Below, piece after piece: positions 1-14,000 of a stretch of DNA of 64,000 bases. Under the pieces are notes generated by a model. It was not told where the DNA came from. It searched no databases and saw only the letters and a list, made by a program, of their open reading frames with translations. The translations under genes and the position numbers were made by a program. How positions within the stretch are numbered: position 1 is the stretch's first letter; the number at the start of each line of letters is the position of its first letter. The stretch comes from Octopus vulgaris (Eukaryota): positions 111,476,001 through 111,540,000 of the forward strand of contig OX597817.1 of NCBI GenBank assembly GCA_951406725.2. The letters are read 5' to 3'.

Positions 1-1927
1 AGTGTGGTTTATATTATATATGTATATATAATGTATGTATAAAAGCTGGAAGTAAGGTATTTTTGAAGGAACACATTAACTCTCAAGATACTAAAATTAG
101 CTTCCTGATTTGACGTTTAGTTTTCTTATTTATTTTTGATTTTGGTTGAGTTGTGATAGTTCCACCTACCTTTCAAATGATTATTCTTCATATATTTCTG
201 TGTACATGAGAGATCATGTAACTGCATAAATTAGTGTTAGCATTTTTAACATAGGAAGCTAATTAGAAGTAATAATTGATGAAAAAAAAAAACAATTTGG
301 GACATTAATTTTTTTTCTTTTTCTTTGCAAGTACTGGAAACAGCTCCCGACAGTTTCCACTTTTATTCTGGGCTTGCTCAGCAAAATGTAGACTTCACCT
401 AACATAGTTGTACATGGTGTAGCAGAGAAAAATAGAATTCTTTAATAAATTATTCAGGGAAAAAAACCCATGTACATGAAAAAAAAAGTTACTGCTAACA
501 TAATTAATCTCTGAAGTATTAAAAATTTAAATAGACAACATGCTCTTGGTGCAATATGTCTGAATAAAAGATTGGATGATCACAGCTGGAAAGCCAATGT
601 GATCATAGGTCTACTCAAGACTGACCAGGGGTTGGATGACAAAGTGACTGGAAGAACTTATCAGACATCTAAGGCACTTATGAGTATTTTTATGGGGAAA
701 CATATAAGACATCACAAAAGAGTAAAGATTATCTTGCTCTCTTACAAACATTACTTATCAAAAGCTGGAAATCAATCAGTTTTTTAAAAAGTGTGTTTGT
801 TTATTTCTGATTTTGGTCCAAGTTATACTATTCATATACTTAAACACTCTCCGGAGTATATGAGTATATGAGAGACTTCTCTGAACTTGTTAAATTATTT
901 TGTTAACATTTCAAATGACCTGGTACTTGTCTTCTCACGCTTAGGAAAGCAATGAATTTTAAATTAGGACATCTGCCAATGAAGGAACATTTATGTACTG
1001 CTAGAAATAGCTGCCAAATCCTCCATAAAACCATCTAAGGGATATATTGTGTTGTTCAGTGTAGTTTGTTATATAGAAAAGGATGATATCATCATGGCTT
1101 GAATGCTTGTAATCACTGGCTTACTTGAGCTAAACATGACACTATGGCATACAACCCATGAGATGTAGTCATGTATCTTTATACATCTTGACAGATTTCA
1201 TTTCTATCAAAGAAAAATAATGTAACATTTATCTTGATTGGTATCACCTTTGAAGTACCATTAAATTTAGGTGGAGAATGTATTTTATTTTTTTACTGGT
1301 TTCAGTTATTGTCCTCTAGTAATGTAGGGCACTGCTTTCTGGGATTTTTGGTCAATTATAGTAACCCTAGCACTTGTTTCGGTGTTATTTTATTGTTCTA
1401 TATTTTTTGCTGATTGGCTAAATTAACATTCTGGACTCAAAATTAGTCTTGTTTTAGCTGGTTGTGTTTGTCAAACAGATACAGACACACATATGAATGT
1501 GTATACATGCATGTGCACACGTACACATATATAGGATGGGTTTCCACTCAGTTTCTGCCTACCCTGTTCCACTCATAAGGTATTAATCTGCCTATGGTTA
1601 TAGTAGAAGACACTTGCCCAATCTGCTCCAGTGGGAATAAACTTGGAACTATATATTTGTAAAGCCAGCTTCTTAAACCACACAGCCATTTCTGTGTCTG
1701 AATATATATATATATATATATATAAAGCATGTAAATTAGGCTTGTTTCTTTTTGTCTAATATTGTAGATAAGCATTTCTATTTTATTTCTTCACTGATGA
1801 CAATTGTTCTAGTTTTATCTTCAGCTTTACTGCTAGTGTACTTAGGTTTGTTCTCACATTAACTGTTCTAATGATAAAATTGTTCATTCTTACCTGTTCA
1901 GTTATCATTTCCATACTTGACTGATCA

Positions 1928-1980
<53 letters not shown>

Positions 1981-4900
1981 AACACTAGAAATGTTCGATA
2001 ATTTTTTTCTTTGTTTACATTACAAAGTTATTTTAAATGCTGTAGCAATAAAAAATTAAGTTGAACTTTCCTTTGACCAAAACAGTTAGTCCAAAACCAC
2101 CACACACATTCCCACTCCATTTAGAGATATATAAAGGAAAGCAACAAATGGAAATAATTCTCTTTACATTACTTGTCAAATGACTTTTTATTTTACTTCT
2201 TGACTATCTGATATCACAAATGTTTTCAATAATGAATGATGTTATTAGCCTTCTATATTCTATGAGCACTTTGATTAAGGGTCTGTAGTTGTTGCTTGTC
2301 TATAATAACTTAACAGATTTATCTAGCTACTATAACATACTCATATCTGTCTGTTGCAGATTACAGACATTGACCAACAACAACAACAATCAATAGGATT
2401 ATTGTTCATTTTGAATTATGTTCTTATTATCAATATTTGCATTCCACAAAGTGAAGAGCTAGCAGAATTAGCATGCCAGGCAAAATGCTTAGTGGCATTT
2501 TGTCTGTCTTTACGCTCTGAGTTCAGATTCTGCCATGGTCAATTTTTGCCTTCTATGTTTTGCAAGTAGTTTAGAATGTCTACGATGTAAAAATATGACC
2601 TATTTAAGCCATACACCTCTACATAATGGGTTTCCACAGTTTCCATCTACTAAATTCCACTAACATAGTATTGGTTAATTGAAAGCTATAATAGAAGACT
2701 CTTGCTCTTGGTACTGTGTAGTAGAATTGAACCTGGAACCATGTGACTTGTGAAATGAACTTGTTACAAATATAGTCATTGAAAAGATTAAACTTGCTCT
2801 GGTATCACATCGAGCATACATACATTTATCTCCCAGTGAAATCTTTAATACTTGTCTCTTCAGTCAATGGTTTATTTATGCCTATTCCTTGTGGCAGAAG
2901 GGGTGTGTGCTTATTTCTAGCTACTCTTAAAATGCAAAAGACAGTGTTGTTGTGAAGAAGTCTAGAATTGAATCCCATAACACCCCAGTTTGCTTTTGCT
3001 GCTTGGTTATATTTTCAACTTTTCAATGTTATTAAAAAAAATAATAAATAAGGCAATCCAATTCTTTTCTATTGCCAACTGTCATTTCAATATTTTGAAA
3101 GTTTCCACTATGCCATCATTATACCTGATTAGTTTATTGCTATTTTAGAAACAACATTTTTAATTGTTTCTCAAAAATGTTTGATAATTTAGTTGTAGGA
3201 ATAAAAGATGTTGAGTGTCACAGACATCCACACAAACCTATCTACCATATGGGCCACCTAGTGTGTGAGTTTTGTTAGAAACTTTAGATTTTCCCATGAA
3301 ACATATGCTTCCAATATGTTTTCCATTTTACTCTCAACAGGCAACAAATGTAGTTAACTCAAGGAGGTAACACATAATCTATGTCTCCCCCATCTTTCTC
3401 ACTCTCATAGTGTCACATTCAATGTATGAAGCACTGCAACAGTCTGAAAATATTACTGCTAGTAATAATCCAAAATATTAATGCCTAACATAGATATAAG
3501 GTCTCAGATTTAGAGGCGAGTTGACAGTGTAATGGTATTTAATGATTTCCCATGACCAGAACAGAAGTGAAAGTTTCAATCAGGAGTTTATCCCTCCCAC
3601 TCTACACTGATTACTACACAATAATCACAAGTATCATCGACTAAATATTTGCTGTTTCAAGCTCATTCAGATTTAAATAGTAGTCTTTAGAATGTGAACA
3701 AATCATTATCTTCAAACAGTCTCTGCTAGTTTTACTAGTTTTGAAATAATATTCTGCACAAATATTTTAATCAATTTTCTGAAAGATTTTTTTGTACTAT
3801 TAGTACTATAAATGAGTTAACTATTAAGGTTTTAAATGCTAAGTGGTATTATAGACCTGATAAGCACTAATCAGTGTATTTGCCTTCTTTTGGCCTCAAA
3901 TTGATGCTTATAGTGTCTATTATTACTATTGATACTCCTACTATTGTTGTTACTGCTATACTAAAAAAATGATAGTTTTATTTTCTGAAATTGATCCAAT
4001 ATGTTGTGTTTCTTTACAAACTGATGTGCAAGAATATACCCTATGCTATGTAACCATAGCAGACCATCTGTATAGAGTGCCGCTATTTAGAGAAAACAGA
4101 CACCATGCTGGTAGTAACAGCTAGACAGTATCTAACACTTGGTTCTTAAAAAAATGTATGCTCTGAATACATTTCTCTCTATATCTGTGTATGCGCTGTT
4201 CACAGATGTCTTGTGCATATATTAAATTTTAAATGTGACAATGGATATATCTGAATTTATGCATCCTCACACACACTAGCTCATACACACACATACATAC
4301 AATATTGATTTCTTATGTAGACATAAGATTTGTAAGAAAGCTAAAATGAAACTACATGAAGTCCATAACTTCCTCAAGTGCATTAGCAATCAGAATGGAA
4401 ATAAAATGGTTACAAGAAATGAAAACTTGATTGCAGACTTAACTTGCCAGGAGCTTACCTTTAATTTATGATAGTTTTACATCTTCCTTCCCAACCTCTC
4501 TCTCTCACACACACGCAAACACATATATATACATACACACACTTTTAAAAGAAACAAATCAAATTAACTTGGAAATACTTTAATTAGATTATTTGATAGA
4601 GGATCTAATTCTGTATTTCTTTCTCTTTCACATATAAAAATGCCACCACAGTTCTTTCCCAGATAGTGACATATACGTACACACAACACCACAACCTTTT
4701 TGTTGTTGTCAATCACTCACTTTTTCTACACTGATTTGCTTTATACACAGCATATTCACTGTAATAAACACTGTTTTAGTGGTTAGCATTTTGTCCCACT
4801 TAGAATTAGATCCAGAAGATAGCAATCTATCACTATGGCACAAATATGTTTTTATTTTACTTTGTTGTTTTTTTTTTCGTTTTTGGTTTTTGTTTTTACT

Positions 4901-7587
4901 AGTGTTGTGATATTCCAACTGGAAATATAACTCCTTTTCTTTCAGATAACACTTTTTTTTTAAAGTTACTATTTTATTAAACTAGATTGGCAACTAAAAA
5001 AACAGATTTTTTTTAGAGGAAAAAGGAAGTTATAGTGTTCATAACTAAAGAGACATCACAATTACAAATTAACATTGAGCAATAGAATCTGTCACTGGTT
5101 GAAACTGGCCACTACGGTATTTAACAACATGATAATAATGGTTCCTCACTTACACAAGGCCACAAATTGTAAAATGAGATTAGGACCATCTCATACACAG
5201 CTACCACTAATTTTTTTTATTTTTAATCAAACCCTAAGAGGTAAAAGCCAAAGTTAATCAGTGTAGTGTCTGTACTCAGAATGCAAAAAAAAAAATTAGA
5301 TATTTCTTTATCATTTCTTTCCCTATATAACCTTGAAAATAATAGTGTAGATGATTGTTTTGTTTTGAGGTGGTCTAGTAATACTATATAGATCAGTCAC
5401 AGGCAAACTATGGCCTGCAGGACTTTCTCAGTGTCATCCTTAATGAAAATACTTTGAAATGTTTTAGGTGTGTGGTCCATTTGGTGATGAGCTTTGTCTA
5501 ATGAAGGTTACTCTTTCCTGCTATAGATACTGTATTATTTTAAATTGTTGTATGAAATACACAGTAAAGTAAATAATAACAGAACTCATTGGTTGAGGTG
5601 TTCTGAGGTCTCTCATAGATCTTCTTTTTATAACTGAGATTTGAAATAATCTCTTTATATAGGAATCTATACTGAGATATAAAGAATAAATTTTTATCTT
5701 TTACAACATTGTGAGTTTACCAAATATTCAACCAATCAAACTTCCAAGTTACATTTATAGGTTTTCACCTCGAGTTGAATTAAATCAGGAGGGTACATCA
5801 TTGTCTACTGTTGTGGCAAGAATAAGTTTGAAACAGTAAAAATTACAAGTGCCAGCAATGGTTGAATATGACTGTTACTAAGATATTGGTAGGACAAAAT
5901 ATTATAGTATAGAACTGGTTAATTATCTGTAACTTCATTTTAAATATACTGCCTGCTTAACAAAAAAGTGGTGACTACTATTTTCAGGTAGCTGGGCTAT
6001 ATCCAATACACTACTGTTCTAATAATTGACTTTGATATAATTAGAACCTATGGTCTTTTGGACAGTAATTTAGAAGCTTAACTATACAACTGTCACGTCA
6101 TTTTCTTTGTAAAGATTTGCATCACTTGACAAAAATATGGTGGGACAAGTGGGAGGAAGGGTTAAACTTTTGAGTTTATTAATGTAATTGTTGGTCTATC
6201 TTCCGTCATTAGCTTGCCAGAAGGTACATTTTAAGATTTTTGATAATTTTTTTATTTACTTTTTTTTCTATATTCATGACTAAATGTTTATGTGCAATAA
6301 GAAAGGTAACTAAATGTTGTAATTCCATCTAATAGTTGTCACAAGTTTATCATCTCACTGTCAGTTTCATTTGTACTTTTGAAAATGCAAATGCGACTAT
6401 ATATTTTAATGATGTTTGATGTCATTTATTTGTGTTTATTTTCACCAACATTGTATTCACTGTCAACGAAAGCTGTATTTGTATGTAGTTAAATATAATC
6501 AGTGTCTTAGGTGTGTCTTAAAGTCTACCAGTAATAATCTCACCCTAGATGTCTTATCACATCACCTTTTGATGTTATTACAACAAATATGTGATAATGT
6601 CATCTGTTCCTAGAGGAATGGTTGTTGTCTTTAATATTTTGTAGATATTTGTGTTGGATTATTTTTAACAATAATAGCTAGCTGTCTTACTGATCCTATA
6701 ATATACACTGACTACTGTATAGTCTCAAATGAAGTTAATTGCTTCATATATACATTTCTCCTTTCTTTCTTTCAACAGCTACATGAATTTTGCATGTTAT
6801 TAGAATAACTCTAGTTAATGAATGATAATAGTCATTAATGCATGTTTTTCTTTTTAATGCTAATTTAATTTATCTAAGAAAATAGAATCTATTTTGATTT
6901 AAGCCCCCTGCCTAAAATATACATATTTCTTCCACTGGCTGGCTTTTCTCTTCTGAGCTTATACTCTTAGATCTTTTACTTCATTAAATATGTTTTCAGT
7001 CTGTATTCTATACTTCTGGGTATTGGTTCTTCAGTGCTTATTGATTGCTATTCAATAATTACAGCTTAAGCAATTCATAGTATCTTCTGCAGCCTCATTA
7101 ATATTTTTGATGATTTAATAAAATAGAACATAACAATAAGAGCTGGTGAAGTTGTAAAAATGATACTGACATTATTATTTTCTTCCAGTTTTATCTTGTT
7201 CTTGGTTGTATAAAGGTCACACTAGCATTGCACCACCATTTTTTTTCTCCATATGTGGATAAGAGCATCAAAGAGAGGCAACTTAGCCTTGAAACTGCAG
7301 TTATATAAGTTGGTCGGTCATTACACAGATTGATAGCTGTCAATACTTAGAACTTTGAAAATACTTTTTTGTCTTACAACAATATACAAATGTTAAATTC
7401 CCTGAATTGAAAACATAATGTTTCATGATAACCAGTATCTTTTACATTATTATTGAAATCTTTATTATAGATTTTTAGGTTGAGTCATTGGACTGCAGCT
7501 TTCAAGGGAACCACCAACAAGGCTTCAGTCAATTATATAATTTCCCACTACTTATTTCATTGATTGTTGAACCACTCTATATATTTG

Positions 7588-7713
7588 AATTTTTACAAAG
7601 TAAAAGGTTGACTGATTTCAAAGTTTCAGTTTTCCAGCTGTCATCAGGCTGCCTGATGACACTTGATAAGCCAAAACTTTGAAGTCACTGTCAACCTTTT
7701 CCTTGTCAAAATT
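7588..7713. repeat. Imperfect palindrome with two head-to-head decayed hammerhead-like cores
   Basis: aaaaggttgac..tgtcatcagg-ctg-cctgatgaca..gtcaacctttt. Confidence 0.7.
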
Positions 7714-9145
7714 TTGTACTCTACTAAGAAAGTATTGTGTGATCCCTTATTTTAATGTTAAATTATTTTTGTCTTGGTCATCTAGGTCCAGCTTATTATA
7801 TTATCCACCATTTATCTACCACATAAAATTATTAAAGAAAAAATATTTTAATTAAATGAATCTAGTGTTAATAACTTTAATTTAAATGAGTTCAACATAT
7901 ACTAATTAGTTTTCTGCTAAATAGAGTTCATAAAAATTTAAACTTCACACTTGTTTCTTCTACCTCATAGAAGAAAAGTCTCATGTTAAAAAGAAGCTTG
8001 TAAGAAACAACCATACTTCAGCTAATGTTTGCTGTTTATTTGGTAATTATCATTAGTGTTGCCTTATTAATAATCATTTTGTATTAGTGAGGTGTCTCAA
8101 ACAGGTCTGTTAATTGGTCAGTTTTGTGTCTTAGTGAAAACTATGTTCTCTGCTTTAAAGATTTTAAAGGTCAAAGGTCTTTCTCTGTTTCACAAGTGAA
8201 ATTTTAAGGTTTATTAATATTAAAAATATTAAACTGCTTATCAGGACATTGTAATCTCAATAATCAATAATTAACATCAATAATATAGTTTTAAAGTATT
8301 TTCCACTCAAATTAATTCGAATAATCATAAACATTTATCATGTGTTTCTTTTAATTTCATCATGAGTTTTATTTCATGTTACTAGATTTGTTTCATTTTG
8401 ATTTTTGTTTCAACATCATCATTCATTGAATCAAAGGAGAAAAAAAATCCATTAAATTCATTTTGAAGTTTATGAATTTACTATTGTATATTTGTCATGT
8501 CATGTTATGTCATGTTTGTATGTTATTGTTATGCTCACTTACATATAATCCCACCAGAATGTTCTCCCAAACAATTTTGTATATCTACCACTTGTTCTTG
8601 TTTAAATTTTTAAAAATAATGTTTTATATTCATTTTCAATACGACCCTCAATGGAATAGATTTTAGAAATTTTGATGTTCTCTACATTGTTGCAGAAAAT
8701 GTTTATGGCTGGATTTTTTTTTTTTTCCTTAAGAGTGAAACTCATTAGCTAGGCAAACTGAAAGAGCAGAAGTTATATACTTTGTCCAGAAGAAAAACAG
8801 AAATGTTATGATAAGGTTTGAACTATATCATTTGTAGTCTAGAGCCTTTAACTGGTATTTTGCCTTGCAATAATCAGTATATTTACTTAATTAGTTGCCC
8901 TTGTGTAGTATTATGAAATAAATTTACTATTTATGCAACTTTTACATATTTACACTGAAAGCTTCATAAAGTAAGTGTGCAAGCTTTTATGTAAATACAA
9001 TTATTAATCTATTAATTAAATATTTCAGACTTTTGTTTGTGTCTTTCTGTACATTACTATTCAATTATCAGTTGGTTATGTATTTTACTGTATATTTATT
9101 TTATTAATTTTCTCTGCCTTTAAACTATGATATATTTGTTTTCAG

Positions 9146-9330
9146 AAAAATTAATGAAAAAGAATATGCCTATGTCATTTCGTCACCAGCAAGAATTATG
9201 GAAAAACCTTCCTGCTCATGCAACACTTCCTCGGGGCATGACCAATCCTACTTTGTTTGAGAGAGTACCTCACACATCAGCAAACAAAAAACGGAGCTGG
9301 TTTCCTTTTCCTGGCAAGAAAAAGCGTTGA
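9146..9330 (+). CDS. Terminal coding exon of an unidentified gene whose upstream exons were not located
   Basis: Acceptor tttgttttcag ends at 9145. Phase-1 exon reads (x)KLMKKNMPMSFRHQQELWKNLPAHATLPRGMTNPTLFERVPHTSANKKRSWFPFPGKKKR*, stop TGA 9328-9330. Protein-like composition, followed by A-rich 3'UTR-like DNA. Family not recognised. Confidence 0.7.
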
Positions 9331-10923
9331 ATCCAGAAAATAGTTTTTGCAATGTGTATATTGCATGTAAATAAAACTCTGATATTTAAAGAACAAAAAA
9401 AAAAAAAAAAAAATCCCACCAAAATACAAACTTCAAAGAAATAATAATAACAACAAAAAAAAACTGGACAAAAATAAAAACAAAAAGAAAATGAATGTAA
9501 AAGCAAAAGTAAACATACCAGAGTTGTGATCTTCCACCAGAACTGGAGTTCTGACTGTGCTTCTCTCTATATAATATTGCATGCCAAGTCATAAATTATA
9601 TTAAAAATAAAAAACATTGCTTGGAAGAAATTACAACAGATTAGAACAAAATTATGATAGATTTAAAAGATCTAGAAGAGTTCAAAATATTTTGGAATAT
9701 GTGCTGTTGATTTCTGGCCTTTGAGTGACATGAATTCTATAGAGCTTCTTCAAAAGCTCCTGACACCAATTCAGCTACATTGTCATTAGAAACTGAGGAC
9801 AATTAGAAATTTGAAAATCTGTTTCTGAGGGGTGAAAAAATTTTTTATAATCATGCCCCCCACCCTTCCCTCTCCAAAATTATATAGCGAAAGAAGTTGC
9901 AATATCTGATTTCCCATTTGAAATATTGATGCTAAAAATTTCTGCAAAATTTAAGAAAAAAATTCAAGCTGGGTATGGGGAAATTTAGGGACCATTTTTT
10001 TTTATTATTATATAAATTGTTAAAAGTAATAATGACCACTATAAATCTTAACATTTTCCTCCTTTCCCCAAATATCAAATTACCAGTTTCATAATTTAAT
10101 TTTCAATATTTGTGTCAACTGTTATCATCAACAAAAGTACTCTACTTACATTGCAGAGACTGTGTGTGTTCGACATAAGACTTTAAAAAGAAACTGTACT
10201 TAATTTTTAGTTCATTCAGTAAAATGGATTATCTTTCTTATTGCATACTTCAAACATTCAGCCAAAGAAAAACAAAGGGAAATGAAGCTATTCTGATTTT
10301 AACTTGGTAGATTTTTTTTCTTTCCTTTTTTGGTATGTATGCAAGGAAGGTGAATGGATAGGTATGTATGTGCGACAGAGAGAGAGAGGAATCGAATTAG
10401 AAAAGAAAAACCTGCCTGATCAGATTCATTGCTTTTTGTTTTTTTGAATATATATATATAAAAAAAAAATGAATATTCTGAATGTTACTCCTTTCATAGC
10501 AATATGTTTTCTATATACTACACAAACATTTTTCTATGCGGTAAGCAAAAATCAGGTGTCATTATTTGTTATTTTTCTTTAATCACATTTTATATTTTAA
10601 CAATTATTTATTTTCATTTTTATTTCTTCTCATTGCCCTTAAATATCAAACATGAAAGGTTCTTGACTGAATTAGAACACAACTGCTGATCTTATGGTGC
10701 TGATGAAGAGTTCACAAAAATAAGTAAACAACACAAGTTATTTTTGTGTGTGAACCTGTAAAAATACCTGTTTAATTGATAACAAATGGATTTTCTCTCC
10801 TCCTTTAAATCAATTTTTAATTTATTTTTCTTTCGATGTTTTATGAAAAACTTCTCAATTCCCCGCCCCATCAGGTATATTTATGAACATAACTAAGACA
10901 TGTGCCTTGGCTATCTCTTCCAG

Positions 10924-11090
10924 TTAACAACTCAGCACAGATTATCATTATTCTTATTACTTATATAATTTATTCACTGGCTTGCTCCTCGCCTTGTGCC
11001 CATACGGTAGCGATTGCCGCCTTTCGCGAGCCTAGGGATTTAGAGCTTCCAGCTAACGGAAAGCTAAGGGAGATAACTCTCCTACAGTGA
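10924..11090 (+). CDS. Candidate alternative terminal exon of the same unidentified gene, with a hydrophobic segment
   Basis: Acceptor ctatctcttccag ends at 10923. The long open frame is phase 1, like the 9146 exon: (x)NNSAQIIIILITYIIYSLACSSPCAHTVAIAAFREPRDLELPANGKLREITLLQ*. Retains a CpG cluster in CpG-poor surroundings. Confidence 0.35.
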
Positions 11091-14000
11091 GAATTGGTTC
11101 CTTTTCTTTTTAATTTATATATAATTCTCATTTAATTTCTGAGCTTCCGTTTCCTTATCTAGTTGTGTCTGTGATAGTTACTCTTAATACCAAAAGCATA
11201 GACTACAATTTTAAAATATTGTTTGAAGCATTGTTTAAATAAAAGTTGATTACCAATGCATTATAAAAACATAATAGCCTATAAACTATATTATTAAAAT
11301 AATAATTAGAAGTTAGACATTTTGAGATTAAAATGCTTTAAACTTTTAGTGTATAAGCTACATGATGCCATTGATAATAATTTTTAGATTATTCTAGGAT
11401 ATATTTATGGCAGACATTAGAGTAATGGGTTCTTTCTTGATTAACTGCATGCACAACCAGTTTCAACTTCTTAGCCCTTTAGCATTTAAAACAAGCTATA
11501 TCTGGCCCCAATATTCTACCTGTTTTATGTTCAAGCCAGGTAGATCTGGCCTTTCACACCTACCTTACAATGTCATTCTGAAAATAGTCACATCAGCAGA
11601 ATCTCAAAGCTACATGATAATGCATTGATTAATTCAAAACTGTTTCAGTAATATTATAGTTGACAGGAATCTGAATCCCAAATGGTTAAATGAAATTAAA
11701 GTGACTTGATTTAGAACATCATGTATTGTAAAACATACTTTCTTTAAATGTTATATTACCATAGTTCCTTGGAATTCTGAATGACTAAGAAAATGTCTGA
11801 TTGAGCATTACAGTAAAAAAAATTTTTTTAAAATCATATTTGAATGATTGTTACCAGGCAAGCTTTCGTAGCATGTATTATTGCCATGCAGGTCACTTCA
11901 TAACAATTTAGGTGTGATAATTAGAAGTGTCAACAAAGGGAAATTCTGTTGAGAGAAATCCTTGGACACATCTAATAAATATATGTTTGCCAACTTTTCG
12001 TCTTGAGAAGTCTTAAATCTATATTGCTTTCTAATGTAGGTACTGATAGGTCCAAAATGTAATATACATTTATTTAATCTTACTTACCATCATGTAATAT
12101 AAGCATAATACATTTTTTTAAGATTTCTTGGATAAACTTAAATCATCAGGGATTCAATTTTTAAAATGTATCTGGCTGTCTGTCTTTTAAATGTTAAGAA
12201 AATTCATTTAACAGAGGGAAATAAATCTTATAAACTTGCTTCACTGAAAGTGAACATCTCTCCAATTTGCAGTACTTTATTTTCTAGTCTAGTACAGAAA
12301 TGCATATTACTATCTGTTCAGAAAAGTGATGCCTTTTCAAATCAGTTTTTATTGTATCTAAAGACAAAGAAAGAACCAGTTTCAGTATAGTTTGATAAAC
12401 TTTCATATCAGTATTTATTTGTCAAAACATTTTCTGAAATGCACTCATCAAAAAGCAAAAAAAATATTGCTTTGTCAACAAAATCATAGCTAATATATAT
12501 TTTATTCTGCTTTTCTGGCACAAATTTATCACCCCCTCCTATTTCAAAATCAGAATTAAAGCATAAAAAATCCCTTCACAATGAAGTGTAATTAAATTCC
12601 ACAAAATTATTCCCTTGACAAATTTTATTAAATTTCAGATTCATGTAAATTTGAATGTTAGGTAGAAATGTAAAAACTTAATGTACAATATTATATAGTT
12701 GAACTAGTTTAAAATATGTTCAGCCCCATACCTAGGTAAATGCTTGTGAAATAAAGTAATCAGGAATGTAATTTTTTGATGGGGGGGGAATGTTTGTTTT
12801 TTTGTTTCTCTCATATTGTCATTGGCATATATGTCTTTTTTTAAATACTATTTCTTCTAGTTCTTTGTCACTGTGGCTCAGGATTGTGTTTCATAATTAC
12901 AGCAAGTGATTATAAGTTTAGTACAAATTGATTATGAGGTAAAAAAAAACAAAAACTTAAGAAAAATTGAAATTTGTTCTGTGACTATATATAACTCAAT
13001 ATATCGTCTATTCAGCATGTCAATTAACAGGCTTGTCATGTTCAATTTGTGCTAAATATCCAGAATGCCTCATTTTCCACAGATCACAAAGAATTCTTTT
13101 ATTCTCCCCCATTTCTCTCAAAATGGCCATGTGACTCAACCACTTATCAAATACTTTTTGTAAAAAAAAAATAAAAATAAATTCATGATCATCTATAACT
13201 ATTTTGTGTTCTTAAAGTGAAATTTTTTTTGAAGTTAATTGGTAATAGTCATTTAATTTGTTTGTATAAAACTGGATATCTTTGGTATAATTAAAAAGAA
13301 AATATTTAATATTTGGGTTTAAACATTGACAATTTTAACAGTGAATCACACATCATTCTGGACAGAACTGACAAGTTATTTGCTAGATAAGTTTTACTTT
13401 GTGTAGGCAGTATTTTAAGCTGTCAGTATAATTTTTTTTTTATTACCTAACTCTAAAAACAAATGAGAACTAAAGATTAAAAAAAGTTAATGACATTTAA
13501 TAGTTGTAAGACAGATCAGGATGAAATGAAAATTCGAAAAATTGAATTTAAAAAAAAAAATGCTCATTTTAGTCATGGCTGAAGTTGACCTGAAGGGTAT
13601 TCTGCCTTTCAGTAAAAATTACTGGTTCTTAACTTTTCATATAACTTTTTAAGAATGGTAATGGATATGCATTGAAATTGTGAGATCAACCTGTGAGATT
13701 ATATATATATATTAACTAGGATACAGCAATGTATCTAATACAATGTTCTTACCTTTGCATGAAATACCGCCTCATATCTTTTAGTATTAACCAATTGAGT
13801 TGTTGGAGTATTGCCAACATCCTCATCTTCATGTAAATAGTTCGAAATTTTTTTATTGTTGATAATAAAAAAAAAAAAAAAAAAAGAAAAGCAATAGTTC
13901 AAGGAAGAATACACAGTTGTATTGGCTTTTCTAGGCCCAGAGAAGTGAATGAGCTAAGAATTGCAAGCTAAAGAAATAGATGATAAATATACAGTGCTTT

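Noticed and set aside
3341-3366. Possible 26-nt microexon (ctcaacag|GCAAC...GGAG|gtaac)
   Set aside because: Its only open frame exits in phase 2, which does not fit the phase-1 exon at 9146; no homology support
7971-7999. Possible 29-nt exon (ctcatag|AAGAAAAG...GCTT|gtaaga)
   Set aside because: The frame that would join 9146 contains a stop; cannot be supported without transcripts
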